A program made the translations under genes and the position numbers. The notes below the pieces were generated by a model. It was not told the DNA's origin and did not search any database. It saw only the letters and a program-made list of their open reading frames with translations. Positions 23,744 through 37,806 of a DNA stretch of 64,000 nucleotides are shown here, piece by piece. Numbering within the stretch: the stretch's first letter is position 1; each line of letters starts with the position of its first letter. The stretch is from Zygnema circumcarinatum SAG 698-1b (taxonomy: Eukaryota; Plantae; Zygnematophyceae): NCBI GenBank assembly GCA_037447605.1, contig CM074809.1, forward strand, positions 2,904,689 through 2,968,688, written 5' to 3'.

Positions 23744-26700
23744 TCACACACTGCCCGCTGTGACCGGCTGCTGTTGAATGCTTTTTGCGGGATAGGCCGT
23801 CGGCGTGCGCTGGCCCTTCACATTGATGACGTAGGCGGGGCCGGGCGGCTGGGGGACATGCGCCTTCAGCATGGAGAGGAGGTGCTCGTGGAGACCCTTC
23901 GCTCGCCGGGCTCGCTCCAAGAAGGCATTCAAGTCCTGCAAGTGGGGGGTTGGGCAATTGTGAGAATGGTGAGAATCTCACTAAGTCACTATGCCAAGCC
24001 GTGGACCACGTGGAAGAGCGCCTGCTTTACTGGAAGGCCTGCTTTGTAAGTGCTCACTCAGCTGAGATAAAGGGTCAAACAGTCCATAAAGGCATTCCCG
24101 TACAAGTGCACATCGACATGCTCATGACTCGGTTGAGAAACGTCTAGATGCTGCACTGGACTCAAATTAGACGCTGCCGTGCCACAGACTTCTTCTTCGC
24201 ACGTGCCCTTCAGTGAAGTTCACCGCCATGATGATGAATTCAGAAAGGCGATGTGAAGTGCTGCTGAGGGCATATGCATACCTTGGCTGAAAAAGAGACA
24301 TCAGACCCGGGTGTCTTTTTCTCCTGTGGGGCCCCTCCACCACATCCACCTGCATCGAGGTCCGCAAGGCGAAGAATGTGGTATGTATAATCTTGCAGTT
24401 CGAATATCCGCTCCTGCCCAAGAAGGTACACGAGGGTGCAGCCTCCCCAGAACAAGGCATCGTGGCCCGACCCATCAGCTGCCGCAGGGCCACTCTCGTT
24501 GCAGCTCATCTGCATCGCCTCTCTGCCAGCAGTCAGATTCAAGTAAACATCCCTCAGAGAGTGTCTCCATAAGACTCTGCATCTCAAGAAAAATCTCACC
24601 AGCTTTTTACCGATTGCAGCGTAACTATGCGAAACCGAAAATCAATCATCTCAAGCTTAACAGCAACAACACGCGGACAAAAGCGGCAGCATCCACCTGT
24701 TGTAAAGCATGTTCGTGAAAACCACGAGAAAGGAAATAACTCACAAATTGGATGAACGAGAATAAACAGTGAAACTGCACAGCAGAAGTCTCGCCCTGTG
24801 ATGCGGGCCGAGCCCACTGATCTTTAAGGGAAGACAAACTGCTGCCAAGAACAGATAGACTGTGGGCCAGAACGCTTTCCCCTTGCACTCCGCTCCAATA
24901 CATCGCCTCTGCAGTGGCAAGACCCATATGAGCAGCAGTGGTAGCGTGAGGAATGGAGGGTGCAAATGGCCTTGAAAAAGGGTAGGGGCCCTACCTGCTA
25001 CCTGTGCTGCCTGCAGAATGCCAAAAAGCTCCTTTGCTGCAGCAGGGGCGGAGGCAGCTGCCTTTTGCAGGAGGTCGCCAAATGGTGCAGCAACCATGTC
25101 TGGAGAGTCGCCAGTCTCTACCTCTGCTGGAAGCTGCTGCAACTCCCCGTCACTTCCAGGAACGACTCCGAGCCAAGGGGCAGACTGCATCAATTGGACG
25201 GTTTCCGTTTCCCTCTGGACAGGTCCAGAAAAGTCTTCACGTTAGTCAAAGGATTAAACCTTGCGGAAAGAATCGGCTGACAAAACAGACAAGCGCAGAG
25301 TCATTGTTTGCAACGTGTCGATTGTTCTGGAAAACTGAAAAGTAATTGTAGGGGCAGGCTGGAAACTCAGAGAAGTGCTTCTTGAGTAGGTGGTGAGCTG
25401 CACCAAAGCGCAGTCGAGAAGACTGAGGAAGGCGAGAAGCGAGCCGGCACTGCGGAGGGCTCCGACGATTGCCGGAAGCTGAGGGAGTTTGGCCACTGCC
25501 GACAATTGCAGACGGAAAGCTTGCAGACCCTCTGCACCATCACACCCAGTTCGCAGTTTCAGGAGAATGTTCTTTGTTCTGGAAAGACACCAAGGATGGC
25601 GCAGTTTAGCCATAGGTTTTGAAGCACGACATGTTGGCAGAAACTGTTTCAAAATGTTGCTGTGGAGAATGGCTCATTGCGGCTACCGGCAGCAGACGAG
25701 TGGAGAGGGGCCGTGGTCTGCAGGTTGGGCATCAGATGAAGGAGCTCTTCCACTTTTGGGCTCAGCGCAGGCATTATCTGATGGGCAAGCAAGAGAAGAG
25801 GCTGATTATGGCTGCCACAGTTTTAATTTCGTTGGATGAAGATTATCAAGTACCGGCTAACATACGCCTCATTGAGTCTAGTTTATCGGTGAGTTAGTGC
25901 ATATATCTTAGACCTGGATTTGCGAGTAGTTCAGACTGGAAGGTGAATCTGAAGGGCCTTAGAGTCATGAGAATTGGGAAAAAATCAGCAGTTAGAATGT
26001 TCACATCCCAACTGTTTGCTAAGTTACGAGTTTGTCCTCCTTAAAATTAAGCATTCAACTGACTGGAGGGCTCGCACCAGAACTGAAACGTGCCTCTCAA
26101 GGACTTTACGTGTAGTTTGCCTTTTCCAAGTTCCACAGTGAATGAATGACAAACTTTCATCTCTGAAAAACCACCAGGAGTGCTCTTTCTTGCAGCAAAA
26201 AAATGCACAGAATCTGGATAAGTTCTGGATTACCTTCTTTGTGAGAAGTTCAAGGCAGCGCTGGACAACTAAAGGGAGGCTGTGGGGTCCGAGGAGTGCC
26301 ACCAACGCCCTCATGTGCGGTAGACCCACAAAGCGAGAGAAGAGGAGAGAGCAGGCCTTGTACGCTTCAGTCAGCTCCTGCCCACACAGATTTCAAATCT
26401 CAGTTCAAGTTAACAGGGATGCAAAAGAGCTCAGAAGCTGCTGAAAGAGAAAAAATTCAAGCCACTGCTCATCCTTATGAGCACATGTCAGACATGCTGC
26501 AGTCGTTCTTGTTTCCACTGTTCTACGTCGCACAGAACTACCAGTATAAGACGTTCACCATCAGAGGTCCTAACCTGTTTGCCATTGCCAACAATCACAT
26601 GGTCTAAAGTCTCATAGACTAAGCTGGTTCTGATCGACAGAGTCATCTCAAATCCCAAATTTCCAGAATATCTTCGTGAAGGAATATCTCAGCTGGGATG

Positions 26701-29700
26701 CTGGACTTCGATTGAAACCCACCTTTGTACCAAAGAGAAAAGGATCCTCCACATTTTGTACGGCTCGCCTGCTGACAGATGCCTGCTTACTGCCCGTGCG
26801 CACAAACCTTTGCGAGACGGAATTCCATAAGAAATTGGGCAGCAAGTCCTGCTCAACTTCTCTCAACACCTGCAGCCGCCACAAAGTAGTGTTTTCGATA
26901 AAGTTAACGGCTTGTTTCTCTTCCTCGTACCCCCGCCGTTCTCTAGACAATACTCGTACACATGTTGCAAGCACTTGAGGAATGGGAACAGAGGGAGTGG
27001 GCATATTATGGACTTACATATGATGCGACCCGGGAGGAGAAGGAAATGAGGGAGGCTGCATTGGATGCCTCTGCCAGCATGGCAGGAAAGGGGTCAAGAG
27101 GGAGATGCTCCTCCAGGTCTTGATGCGCCGCTCGGAGTATCTCCAGCTGCTGGTATACGCCCTGTTGCGAAGTGACAGAGAGCCCATATGTCAGTCTGCA
27201 GTGATGGCATTCATCACAGAGCATGAGGGGGGAATGGAACATCGAAATACTAATCTGCTTCTGCATTGTGGGTCTTTCGGAAACATGGAAAAGCAAGAGG
27301 GAGACACGGCCATCCGGATTGCAAATGCGGCTCAAGAGATGGACAGTACAATGTCAGGATGAGAAAGTCAGCATAGCGATCGACTGAATGGCTGGAGACT
27401 TGGAGCTATATCTCAATCGTGATCAGCGGGAAAAAAAGAAAAAATGCAATAGAAAGATTTTGGGAGATTTCAAATCCAATGCTGCTTTTGTGCAAGAAGG
27501 GACTCACCACTACCATGCACAGGTCGTTCCCATCAAGATAGTCCAAAATGACATAGAGACTCTTCCTGATATTCTTGTTCATCCGCTGTGCGAGAAGCGC
27601 GCTGAGGTTGATGCTGCGTCCTAGGAGCTGCTCGGAAGAGATACACGCGAGACTAGGGTCAGATTCCACTCTCCGACGACTGGGAAAAATGCTTCTGTAT
27701 GCGTCGAGAGTTTTTAGGCCTTTAGGAATGCGGAAACGCTTCCAATCTTGTGCTTTCCTACGCGTGCTCCTAAAAATGTGGATAACAGCACTGGGTTGTG
27801 TTTGGCTGCTAATGGAGAAACATGAGCATTCTCTATGGGAACTACAGGAAAGAAAAACAGAATCAAGGTGAAGTGGATGTTCTGATAGAAGGTCGACGTA
27901 GCGTCTATTTGCACAACGGAGCTTCAAAACAGAGCGAAAGAAAAGAAGAAAACATCGGCAAGTTGGTGAAGATGCAATGGAGCTGCAGCTACAGGAACTT
28001 TACATGCTGCCGCAAAACTCTCACATAGGAGATTACTCTTGGAGCTACACAGAAAATAGACTTGCTGTCATAATGTTCGCAGTCTTATCAAGACTGCTGC
28101 TTCAAAGATAGAACAAATGATTGCGGTTGAGAATCCAGACCCGCGCCAACCACAAGCAGCTTGCTCCTCAGTGGATTGAACGGAGAGCCCAAAGCATCTT
28201 CTCATCCTATTCATTGCTTGAACTTTGCTACTGTTCTGCCTGCCGATTCTTCCGTTTTCTGAACCTCACACCGAGTTCCATCGCGGAAGTGAGCCCGAGC
28301 TACTCCCGTTCTCACCTGCACGTGTCTCTGCCCGAGGAGAGCCTCATAGTAGAGTGGAAGCACCCGAAGTGAGCTCTGCCTTTTGGCTCCCGCCATAGAA
28401 AAAAATGACTTGTCCAGAAGGGAACTGGCCTCCACCCGCCAATGCCCCCACTCACGTCCTAAACAGACTTAAAAATGCGCTTCCATTTCTATCAAATGGC
28501 CATAAAGGGCTGCTTTTTGTGGCTGCAAACTGTTGTAGCGAGATGGCCACCACACCTCGGCAAATTCATATTTTTGTGGTTTGCAAACATAAGGTGGAGG
28601 AAGTCTGTAAAGTCGGAGGCAGCTGCAAGTTTCTATTCGGAAGGCGTACCTTGCTGCTTTGGCCTTGTAATGGCTGTAAATTTGGTCACCGAGCCTAAGC
28701 ACAAGTTGGCCGAAACAGAATTCCACCTGACATAGGACAGCAAAATGTTGTCAGTGTTGTAACAAGGTGCCTAGCAGTTGGCATTCTGTAGATGGACATT
28801 TCGGCTTTACTGGGGTTTCAGCTTATCCGGGGTTTTCAAGTAGTTGAACCATCGTAGAGAAACTGGAAGCTAGTGCTACTCGGCAGGGGCAATGATAGGA
28901 TTTCAAAACTTGGGCCCTTTTGCAAACGAGCGTGTGACTGCTGCAAATGATATGCACCCTTTCCATTTCCTCACACAGAGCATATCAACATGTGTGTTCA
29001 CGAGCATTGGTGAACTCCGTATTCTAAACGAGCTATTCCTCCCAGAGCTCTGTTTCTCTGCAAATGATTGTCTGGTAATGAATTATTATAGCAGTCTCCA
29101 TCATTGACTTAGGGCCAGCTTTAGCCAATTGCACAACTAATGGTGAAGTGGCATGTACTAATGTGATCAAGTGGTTAAGATTAGGAGCAAAGAGCAGTTT
29201 CCGCTTTGCGAGACCCGAGAACTGCCTCCCTGTGGCCCTCACGAAAGTCATCACATTCACCGATATCACAAGGAATAAGGACCCATAGGTCCCTTAAGAT
29301 CTAAAAGCTATAGGAGCTTGTACTCTTCATCTCTATCAACTCCTGCTTCTGTTTCCGCCAAAAGACGGCTCCTCCATTCTGTCTGCCTTAAGACACCATC
29401 ATCTCAACACAACTTCCCCTTCAATGTGCATCTACGGAAGCGGAGAGGGAGGGCAGGATTTTCCTAGTTGAAGTGCTTACCTCTGCTTCAACCTCGTCGT
29501 AGAGGAACTGTTGGCGGAGTGTGTGCATGGCGGAGTTAGCAGCATCGGCATATATCCCAAAGGGTACAAGGGCAGCATCCATAAAGGGAGCGTCTGAAGC
29601 AGTGCTCAGCTCCTCCAGCACGCACTCTACAAGCATCCACGGAATGCTGCACTCCACAGGGAACTGGCCACCCCTCCGCAAGCAGGGCATCTCTCTGGGC

Positions 29701-31672
29701 GTTAAAAAAAAGAAATGATGATGATGATGATGATGATGATAATTGCAGCATACAAAACTTTACTAGTCAGTGCAAAGCTTGGGAAGAAGTCTGGCAAATT
29801 CTACTGTGCAGTTTCCAGAAAGACGAGAGAATAGTCTGAGAAGCCACAAAGAGGGTGTTTCAGCGGACCTGTAACACTCTGTTGAGCTCCAAATACCACT
29901 CTCTGAACCAAAGGAAGCCGACATTGGTTGCCTCCAAGATTGTGCCTGCCTCCCTTCCCAGAACTTGTATCACAACACCACTCTACCCAGCAGGCAATCG
30001 GCATGCGCCAACACAATAAACGCAAACTACAATAGAAGGCTGCAAGCAGAAAAAACAATGAACACCGAGGGTGCTAGTAGGTAAATTTCACGAAGATACT
30101 TGCTTTATGTCAGCTTGTCTTGACCAGTTCAATAGTACGGTGGCCTCCCGCAAACTTCCTCAAGACTTTCAAACCAAAAAGCAAACCGCTTGCAGCCTTC
30201 TAAAACTACCTTATAGCTCACCATGATAATCAAGCACTTCGGGAAACAGCAGCAGCCTGTGCAGAAAGTCATGGAGGGAGCGCAGCTCATTGGCCGCCAG
30301 ATCGCGCTCCGCGAAGAGCCCTCCCGCGGCCGCAGAGGGGGAGCCCAACAGCAGACTGTGAGCGATGTGGAGCAGCGCGTGCAGCTGCAGAGAGGGGGAG
30401 AGGGAGAGGGAGAGGGAGAGGGAGGAGGAGGAGGAGCAGGCAGGCGAGTGGAGGTAGATATTGGGGTGCAGAACAGGTTGCAGAACAGCAAATGGGTGAA
30501 CGGGGATGCCGAATATTAGTTAGTGGTACATAGTTCATGGGAGCATGTTCTTGTTTAAGAGTCTAGATGGCAGGCTAGTCTAGGGTCTGTAAATGGACAT
30601 GGTGGGAAGGTAAGGATTGCAGACACGAAAGGATGGAGGGCAGCAGCAATGAAGAAAGTTTCAAGCCGGACAATAATGGCCGGACGACTGGGAAAGAAAG
30701 AGTTCCAGTTTCACAAATCAGAGTAGTACTGAAGGAAGGAGCCACCTTACAGCAGTATTACAGCAGCACGCAGAAGCTTAAGACCAACCTTGCTGTACCA
30801 CCTGAAGTGCAGCAACGAATCACCTGTGCGGGGGAGGGTGGCACTGCCCGAGGAATGACCGGCGCAGTCTGTTCTAAATCGATTGGGATAGGGGTGGCAG
30901 ACCCCCCCATTCGGCTCCGCGATTTACGGGGTATGGTTGTGTTCTCAGTGCCCATCCAGTCCGCAACAATTGCTCTCAAATGCAGCAGCATCCTGGGAAA
31001 AGGACGACCAATGTAACCAAATAGTGCCAACAGCAACGAATCGTCAAACAATCGCAGTTGCAGTTGCAGTTACAGTTACAGTTACAGTTACAGTTACAGT
31101 ATTCTCACGCACACGCCAATAACTGAGGAGTCGCTAGTTCCACCGTCTTACACACTTAGAGACATGAGGAAGTCTTTCCTCTACTTCTGAGCAGCCATCC
31201 CTCCTGCCCACCCTCTGAACATCCACTGAGAAGCAGGTGCTCACCCAACCACTTCGCTCCTTGTCTTCTTGCCGTGCTTCTTCAGTAAGGCCGAGAGCGG
31301 CGCCCTGACAAACTCCTGCACTTCTCCGTGAATGGCCTCGCGAATGGCTTGCTGGAAGAGGGCAGCGTTCGACATCATCATAGCGGCAACCCCTTTCATC
31401 CGTCCCAGCAGATCTAGCATCGCCTTCTTCTCTGCACGGTTAAGATTGAATCGCACTGCCTGAAACATACAGCAAGAAAATCATCAATCAGCACTGTGAG
31501 AGATCATCAGCCTGAGTCCTTATCCACAAAGAAACCTCCCCCCTACATTTGCTTCACAACCTCCAGCCGAGATGTCCATGTCTATCGCCCTTCTCAGCTT
31601 AATTTCCAACTGACGTTCCACCACAGAACATCCAGACCATCCCACCAATCGACCACTCAGAGCATATAGACC

Positions 31673-31745
<73 letters not shown>

Positions 31746-34700
31746 GCACCCGCTCATAGCTGCTGACTGTCCCCCTCTCCGACAGCTGCTGCTCTGCCGC
31801 CGCCGCGGTGGCCTCCTCCGGCCGCAGAGGGTGCGCTCCCTTCCAGGCGAAGTGCTGTGCGAGTAGCCCCCCCCACGCGTGTAGGAGCACCACTCCCTCC
31901 GCGGCGCCGCCCAGAGCCTCCCTCGCCAGGGGGGCCCCGAACCCCGCCGCCCTGCTGGAGGAGATGGAGGAGTCCATGCCCGGCCTCGCGGGAGACTCGA
32001 CCACCATTCGCAGCTGGAGAGAGAGAGAGGGAGAGGACGGAGGGGAGGAGATGAGGAGGGGAGGAGGGGAAGGGGGAGAGGGCATGGGAGGGGAGGGAAG
32101 GGAAAGGGAGCGAGGGAGGGAGGGAGGGATGGGATGGGAGGAGGAGGAGGAGGAGAGGAAGGAGAGAGATTTCGCAGATTGCTGACAACAGGGGAGAGAG
32201 ACACTGAGGGGTTTATTCCGACTCTAATGGTGGAAGGGCAAGTGATATTTCACAGCATTTCCCTAGTTGATAGCCTCCCTTAACTTCGTTTAAAGGAAGC
32301 GGCGATGGAGGCTACCCTTGCTTACTTGCATGCACCATCCGTCTTGAAAAATGTTTGCTTAACTACAGAGAAAAGTTGCAACTCCTTATCAGACACAGCT
32401 GATGACATGGTTCGCGCTCGAAAAGAAGTTGCATTGCACCTTACTATTGACTGCAGCGAAGCGCAGGCAGAAGTTGTCATGCGCTGCTTGAATCGCCGGC
32501 AGGTTGGGAAGGATGCCGTACACACTCGCTGCCGTGCATGCTCAAGTCCGCGGGGACGACTGTCAAGGAGCTTTGCTACTGAATATCGTTAGGGCTCAAA
32601 AGTTGAGAACAACAGAATGCACACTAACCAAGGAGAGCTCCGTATTCTCCTGTCTAACAGCTTGATGGGCGGACAGTGGTGCAGAGCTCAACAGTAGGCC
32701 TAAAAATGCTTGTTGCAGATGAACATGGCATGCATATGCAGAATCTGTCATTTGGCCAACACCCAAGCAAACATTTGAGGCTTAGAAAGGATATTCAGAA
32801 TCACTAATGGAGTCGAGAGAGGGTAGCTCGAACTTGCCCTCCTCCACCAGCTTCTTGAAGAATGGTGACAAGTCCACGAGGATGCCACCTGGCACGATGT
32901 GGACTTCTTCAAAAGCAGCCACCACCGGCTCCCTCTGCTCCCTCCACCACCGATTTCAATTTCCCACCAACAACAAAGAAAACGCTGGCAAAGTTGCGTT
33001 GTGACGCCGCCCATTGCGATTGGCCGGCATCACATCAAAACAACCCACGAAAAGAATCATCCCTAGAATCAATCAGGTGCACTCCCCAGCATACCCTGAG
33101 GGGCTGAAGAATTCTGTCGAGCTTGAGCCTCTTTTTGAAGACGGCCTCTCCCTCCTTCTCCGAGGGGGCGAGCAGTGCGAGCAGCAGAGGGAGAGCGCGG
33201 AGGAGGGCGAGCCGGTCTCTGTACCGCACTGTGTGGGCCCCTTCAAGGTTCTCCACGCAGTAGCCCACCAGCTGCACCGTCATCTCCTCTACACTGCGCC
33301 CCTCCGATATCTCTCCTTAAGTAAAGAAGTTAATAACTTTTGACGAGTTGGACAATATTATCAATGATATCCACCACAACTTGGGGGCTCGCTTTCGAAC
33401 GTGCTCCTGCACCGCAAAGCTACTATCGCGACAGGATTGTCACTGGCAGCAAGTAGCAGGAGGCAGGGGCACATGTAAATGCAAGGCGTGGAACAGCACA
33501 GCACAACATCAAGATACTGACTGTGGATTACGGTGAAGTGATGTCAGCGAACCTGCCCACACGCGCTACCTCGCGCTTCAATGTGTTTAGAATGCTCCAT
33601 CGTCCTGTCAGAAACACCTGCATATGAAGATCGCACGCAAGAAGAGTCCCTAGTAAAGTGATAGAGAGATTCGCAGAACAAACAAGACAAGCTTACAGTA
33701 ACATCAAGGGTCTGCCATTGTGCCCACAGAATGGAACTGCACACCAGCAAGCAAACAACTAGTCCCGGAAAAGACGAACACTTGAACCGTTTCGTGCTTG
33801 CAAAGCTGCCTTTCGTGATCATGATTGTTTCGGAAGCGACACTGGAGATATGTATGTAGGCAAGCCCTACCTGAAGCTCCTCGTTTGCTCTTCTCTCGCC
33901 TCCCTCGTCCTTAGCCTGGTGGGACACTGGATATGTTCTGCAGTCAGAGGGCAGCCATGGCCAGATTACATGCCATGCCAAGTCTACCGTCCCTGCAGCA
34001 ACAGCTGCCATATCTCATCGGCTGCTTTACACCAGCAGCCCATACGAAAGGCAGTCAGAAAAAAGATCTCCACTCGCCACTCTCAACTCCTTCAACCCAT
34101 TTCAGTTTGCAGCAGAGTGTAATCTGTTCCTCCTGAGCACACTAGGAAAGAAAGTGCACCTCTTGTACCACATAAAGTCATTGATGAAGCTGGTCTTCAG
34201 GTTCTTCATGAAGTCCAGTACAAGAAGCGAGTCCAGAATCTTCACAAGATACCTGCAAGCACTCTTCATGCAACTTCACTTGACATCTTCACATTTCGAC
34301 AGCCTTCATAAGAGGAAATTAAGAAGACTCAAACATCCAACGAAGCCAGCAACTTGCGTTCTAAAATCAGCTGAAAAGCTGAAAAAAGGGACTCATAAAG
34401 AGTGATCTGTATCCGGCAAAGGTAACGCTCTGCACCATCGTATTAGTGGTAATCTTTTGCGAGAATGCATACCGTAAATGGGACCAGGATGGCCCACTGC
34501 TGCTTCGCCGCTCGGCCCCCAAATCTGCCGCCACCTGCCATTCAAGGAGCTCATTGTGCAGGTAAAATTCTTTACTTGCATAACGAGGCGGATGTTCTCT
34601 TCATTTGTACAAGGATCGCTACATGGCTTTCATCCAAAAAGTCGACAAGAAGCATGAACAATTATGCACGGATGTTATCTCCACCGTGACAAACAATAGC

Positions 34701-37667
34701 AGATCCTCGCTAGAAGGGATGCGTTCAAGATACATTTCTTACATTTTCTGAGTTATGTAGAACAGCAACAGGATGAGGGCATATAAGCTAGGAGGCAGGA
34801 GGTAGGTTATATTTAGGGGCTCGTATTGGAGATAGCCCATGCTGACTGACATTTAAGGTCCAAAATCAGGGGGGTAAATGCGGGCTTTGTACCTGCCGGC
34901 AAGCCTTCGCCTGCCATTGTTGAAGTTTCCGAAGTTTGCTAATCTCCAGATCAAGCACTTTGAAAGTTTCCCAGTAGAGCTCACTCTTGAGCTTTTCAGG
35001 GCCTTCTGAAAGCTGCTCAACAACAGAACACCAACAACTCGATTAAAGCTCAGGGAGCAGTTTCAACCAGTGAAAGATGTACTTCACGCAATCAAACTCA
35101 CAAAACCTGTAGAGAAACTAAAGGCACAGCAATGAATCATGAGCAAACCTGGTTGTTCTAATGAAACGATAAAGGCTACGATAAAGTTTGCAGCAGTGGC
35201 ATTCCAACATCTGATGGTCTGACTTCTTCCAATGCCTAAGGAAGAATTGCGTGCTTTACTCTAGGTAAAGAAATGCTAACCAGCCCAACATACACACTTC
35301 CCTGGAGGGCAATTAAGTCAAAGAATATTTTCAACACCCGAACCTCAGATTCAAGACGGTTTTCCCACTGCGATTTTGTGGCATTATAATCTTTCCAGTT
35401 TTCAGAACCTATCCAGTTTAAATGTTCATCACCTGTGGAAGAGCTTTGACACACGCGCGATAAGTGTAGAGCATCGCCAGCATCTCCCTCGCTTCACTTA
35501 GCAAAGTTTCCTGGATAGGGCAGCACGCAAACCTGAATTAATCTCTCTGACAGTACTGCCATCTCCATTCAAGTAGATGAATCACTGTTACCATTCCAGA
35601 TACAAGCAGTAAAGTTCTTGACACAACTCGAGCACGAGCAGCTTTAAGATCGCCATTCTTGGCTATGGTCAAGAACATCACGAGAAAAAACAACCGGAAG
35701 GTACATTGTACATGTTTCAAACGCAACTGAAATGCAAAACATAATGCTAACCTACAGTAGACACATGTTTGTGAATGAGCTGCTCGCATTGGGAAATGAC
35801 GAGTAAGGGGTTTCAGCCATATAGAAGCGGTAAAGTATACACGTTAATTCGAGGAGCTCACCAATTGCATGATGTGCTTTGTGTCATGCTCCAAGTTGAG
35901 GGAGAACGCTGGCACATCGGCATAATCTGCACCCAAGAAGTGATCTCGACAGTCAGCAACAACAAATAGGTCATCAAATTAACGTTTCTCAATTCGTGCA
36001 CAAACATTCAGCAATCCTGGCACTAGGAGTTCCTCAACTCCTGTGATGTTCTACGTAAATAGGATCACGCAGTATTTCTTACTACTGCCTTCTCAATTGT
36101 AAAGATAGTAAAGTTCAAATAGTTTTCTAATGTAACACCACTGATGTCAGAAGACAACATATTTACACGGCTCTGTGTCAAGAGTAGCAATCCTTTCTAT
36201 TGGATATTTGGTTGTTTCTAGCCTCCAAGTTGTGCAGTTTGCTCCTAACTTGCACTAACAGTGTGGCTAAGAATCCAAAGTCTTCATTTTCATCTTGTTA
36301 CTGCATTATAAGCTGCAGGCTTTAAAGATTGCCAACCCTCGCAAAAACGAAATGTGCATTGTTCATTGTTTCGCCAGCATTGAAAGCTTTAGAATAGAAA
36401 CAAAAGTTGATTCAACTATGGATGGTTAATAATGGCGACATTGAAGTAAATAAATAACTCGTTTAGTATGCTAGTGCATGCTGGTCTTGTCAATGCTCCA
36501 TTGACCTTGTTTGCTACTGACTAATGAACTGATCGCCCCATGTACAGTGGAAATGCGGCAAAATGCTTTCTGCTTGGGAAAATGGTTTGATGGTATTTTT
36601 CTTTCATCAAGAATATTGTCGTAACTGGTTACTCTCAGCCGTCACGAGGAAGAGTTTAATGTCTGAGACCTGGTCAATCACTAGTTCCCTGACAAAAAAG
36701 GAGAGACGTAAGGCTCTGCTAAGGCTATGCGTGGGAAAAGCTATCATTTTAACAGCGTGAACTCAAGTTTATAGTCAAGTTGTTTGTGCATCAAACGAAT
36801 TTTCTTTCTAAAGCAATTTTTTTGTGCTTCCATGGTCAAACATCTGGAATGCTGAGGATTTGGAACTTGTACAATGCACCATCAATGCAATGAAAAGTAG
36901 TCGAAAGAAAATTCTGAAAATGTCAATGAAATCACGAAATCCGCCAATAAGGAACCTTCGGCTTTCTGGTAATGCAACGAGCCTGGTTTCTTGCACAGAC
37001 TGGTTTTAAGTACAGGAACACCTGGCCATGTAAACAAGTCCCGGACCACACGGTACATTCTTATTTAAATAGGCGCCACTAGGATTCAGAACGTGGTTTG
37101 GGGTCTTCGATGACTACAAGAGGAACATTATAGACTTTGTGCGAATAACACGATTTTTTTTGAAGTCGCTCATTCCGAGTGAACGTTTGTGAAGGGGAGA
37201 GAAACAAAGCCCCGACAAAAGAGTCCAATGTCATTTTCTCTTGATGGAGCCTACTATTTTTAGGATATAGCCTATGTTAGTAAGACTTCGAAACGCCAGT
37301 TTTCAGGAACGGTATTCAGAAAACAGAAGGTGAGCTCGACGAGCTCCTGGTAACTTTAAGGCTCTGGGTAACTGTCATCCTTTTTGTGCCATTGCTAGGA
37401 GAGGCTGACTTGGAAGCCCACCGATAAAATCATAGAATTCATGAGAAGATGTTCGCTTGCTTCAGCATTCGTGCTATGCGAAGCTGAAGATGGCTGTGTA
37501 GGGGGCTATGTAGAGCAACAGAACACTTGCCGAGACGCACCTACTTGACTGCCCCTCGATGCAGCATCGCTGTAGTGTGTGTCTGCTAGTCCCGCAATGG
37601 TTGCCTGGTCGTCAGGCAGCGACAGTGTGAGCAATGTCATTATCGCTTCCTCTACAGCGGCAGCCAT
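23744..37667 (-). CDS. PIR: PIR121/SRA1/CYFIP, SCAR-WAVE complex subunit, about 1314 aa, 29 exons
   Basis: Exons: 37667-37541, 35926-35862, 35510-35433, 35012-34893, 34534-34473, 34252-34160, 33937-33871, 33617-33553, 33293-33095, 32934-32795, 32533-32440, 32013-31750, 31459-31245, 30992-30824, 30384-30222, 29945-29869, 29663-29481, 28726-28650, 28424-28316, 27627-27508, 27161-27018, 26869-26723, 26377-26234, 25777-25687, 25531-25404, 25214-24995, 24908-24745, 24509-24282, 23935-23744 (3945 nt, in frame). Motifs VEEAI, LYTYRACVKALPQ, GFLWFREWYLE, QFPVECSIPWML, QFLYDEVEAEV, LLGRSINL, WGGCTLVYLLGQ. Confidence 0.93.
29715..29740. repeat. (ATG)n microsatellite in a CYFIP intron
   Basis: Direct reading, about 9 units. 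Confidence 0.9.
31055..31100. repeat. (CAGTTR)n hexamer microsatellite in a CYFIP intron
   Basis: CAGTTG x2 followed by CAGTTA x5 and a partial unit. Confidence 0.9.
31675..31742. repeat. (AG)34 microsatellite next to the donor of CYFIP exon 12
   Basis: Perfect dinucleotide run of 68 nt. Confidence 0.97.
32534..32794 (-). other. U12-type (minor spliceosome) AT-AC intron in CYFIP
   Basis: 5' end ATATCCTTTC (32794-32785), branch site TCCTTGAC (32569-32562), 3' end CAC at 32534. Removal joins GA|G in frame (DSEAASVY). Confidence 0.78.
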
Positions 37668-37806
37668 GCTGCCTGCCCACGTCCTTCTCACCGGTGGGTG
37701 CCGCCTGCCAGAGAGAACGCGAGCTCGTGGGGGGGGCGCTACGAAGGACACTTCTTTCGCCTCCAGCGCCTGTACGCATTGGTTAGCCCGCGAAGTGACT
37801 TTGTCA

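Noticed and set aside
36563-37009. Two short + strand ORFs in CYFIP intron 1 (PWSNIW motif faintly like LINE zf-RVT)
   Set aside because: Too short, with no RT, endonuclease, poly(A) or TSD evidence.
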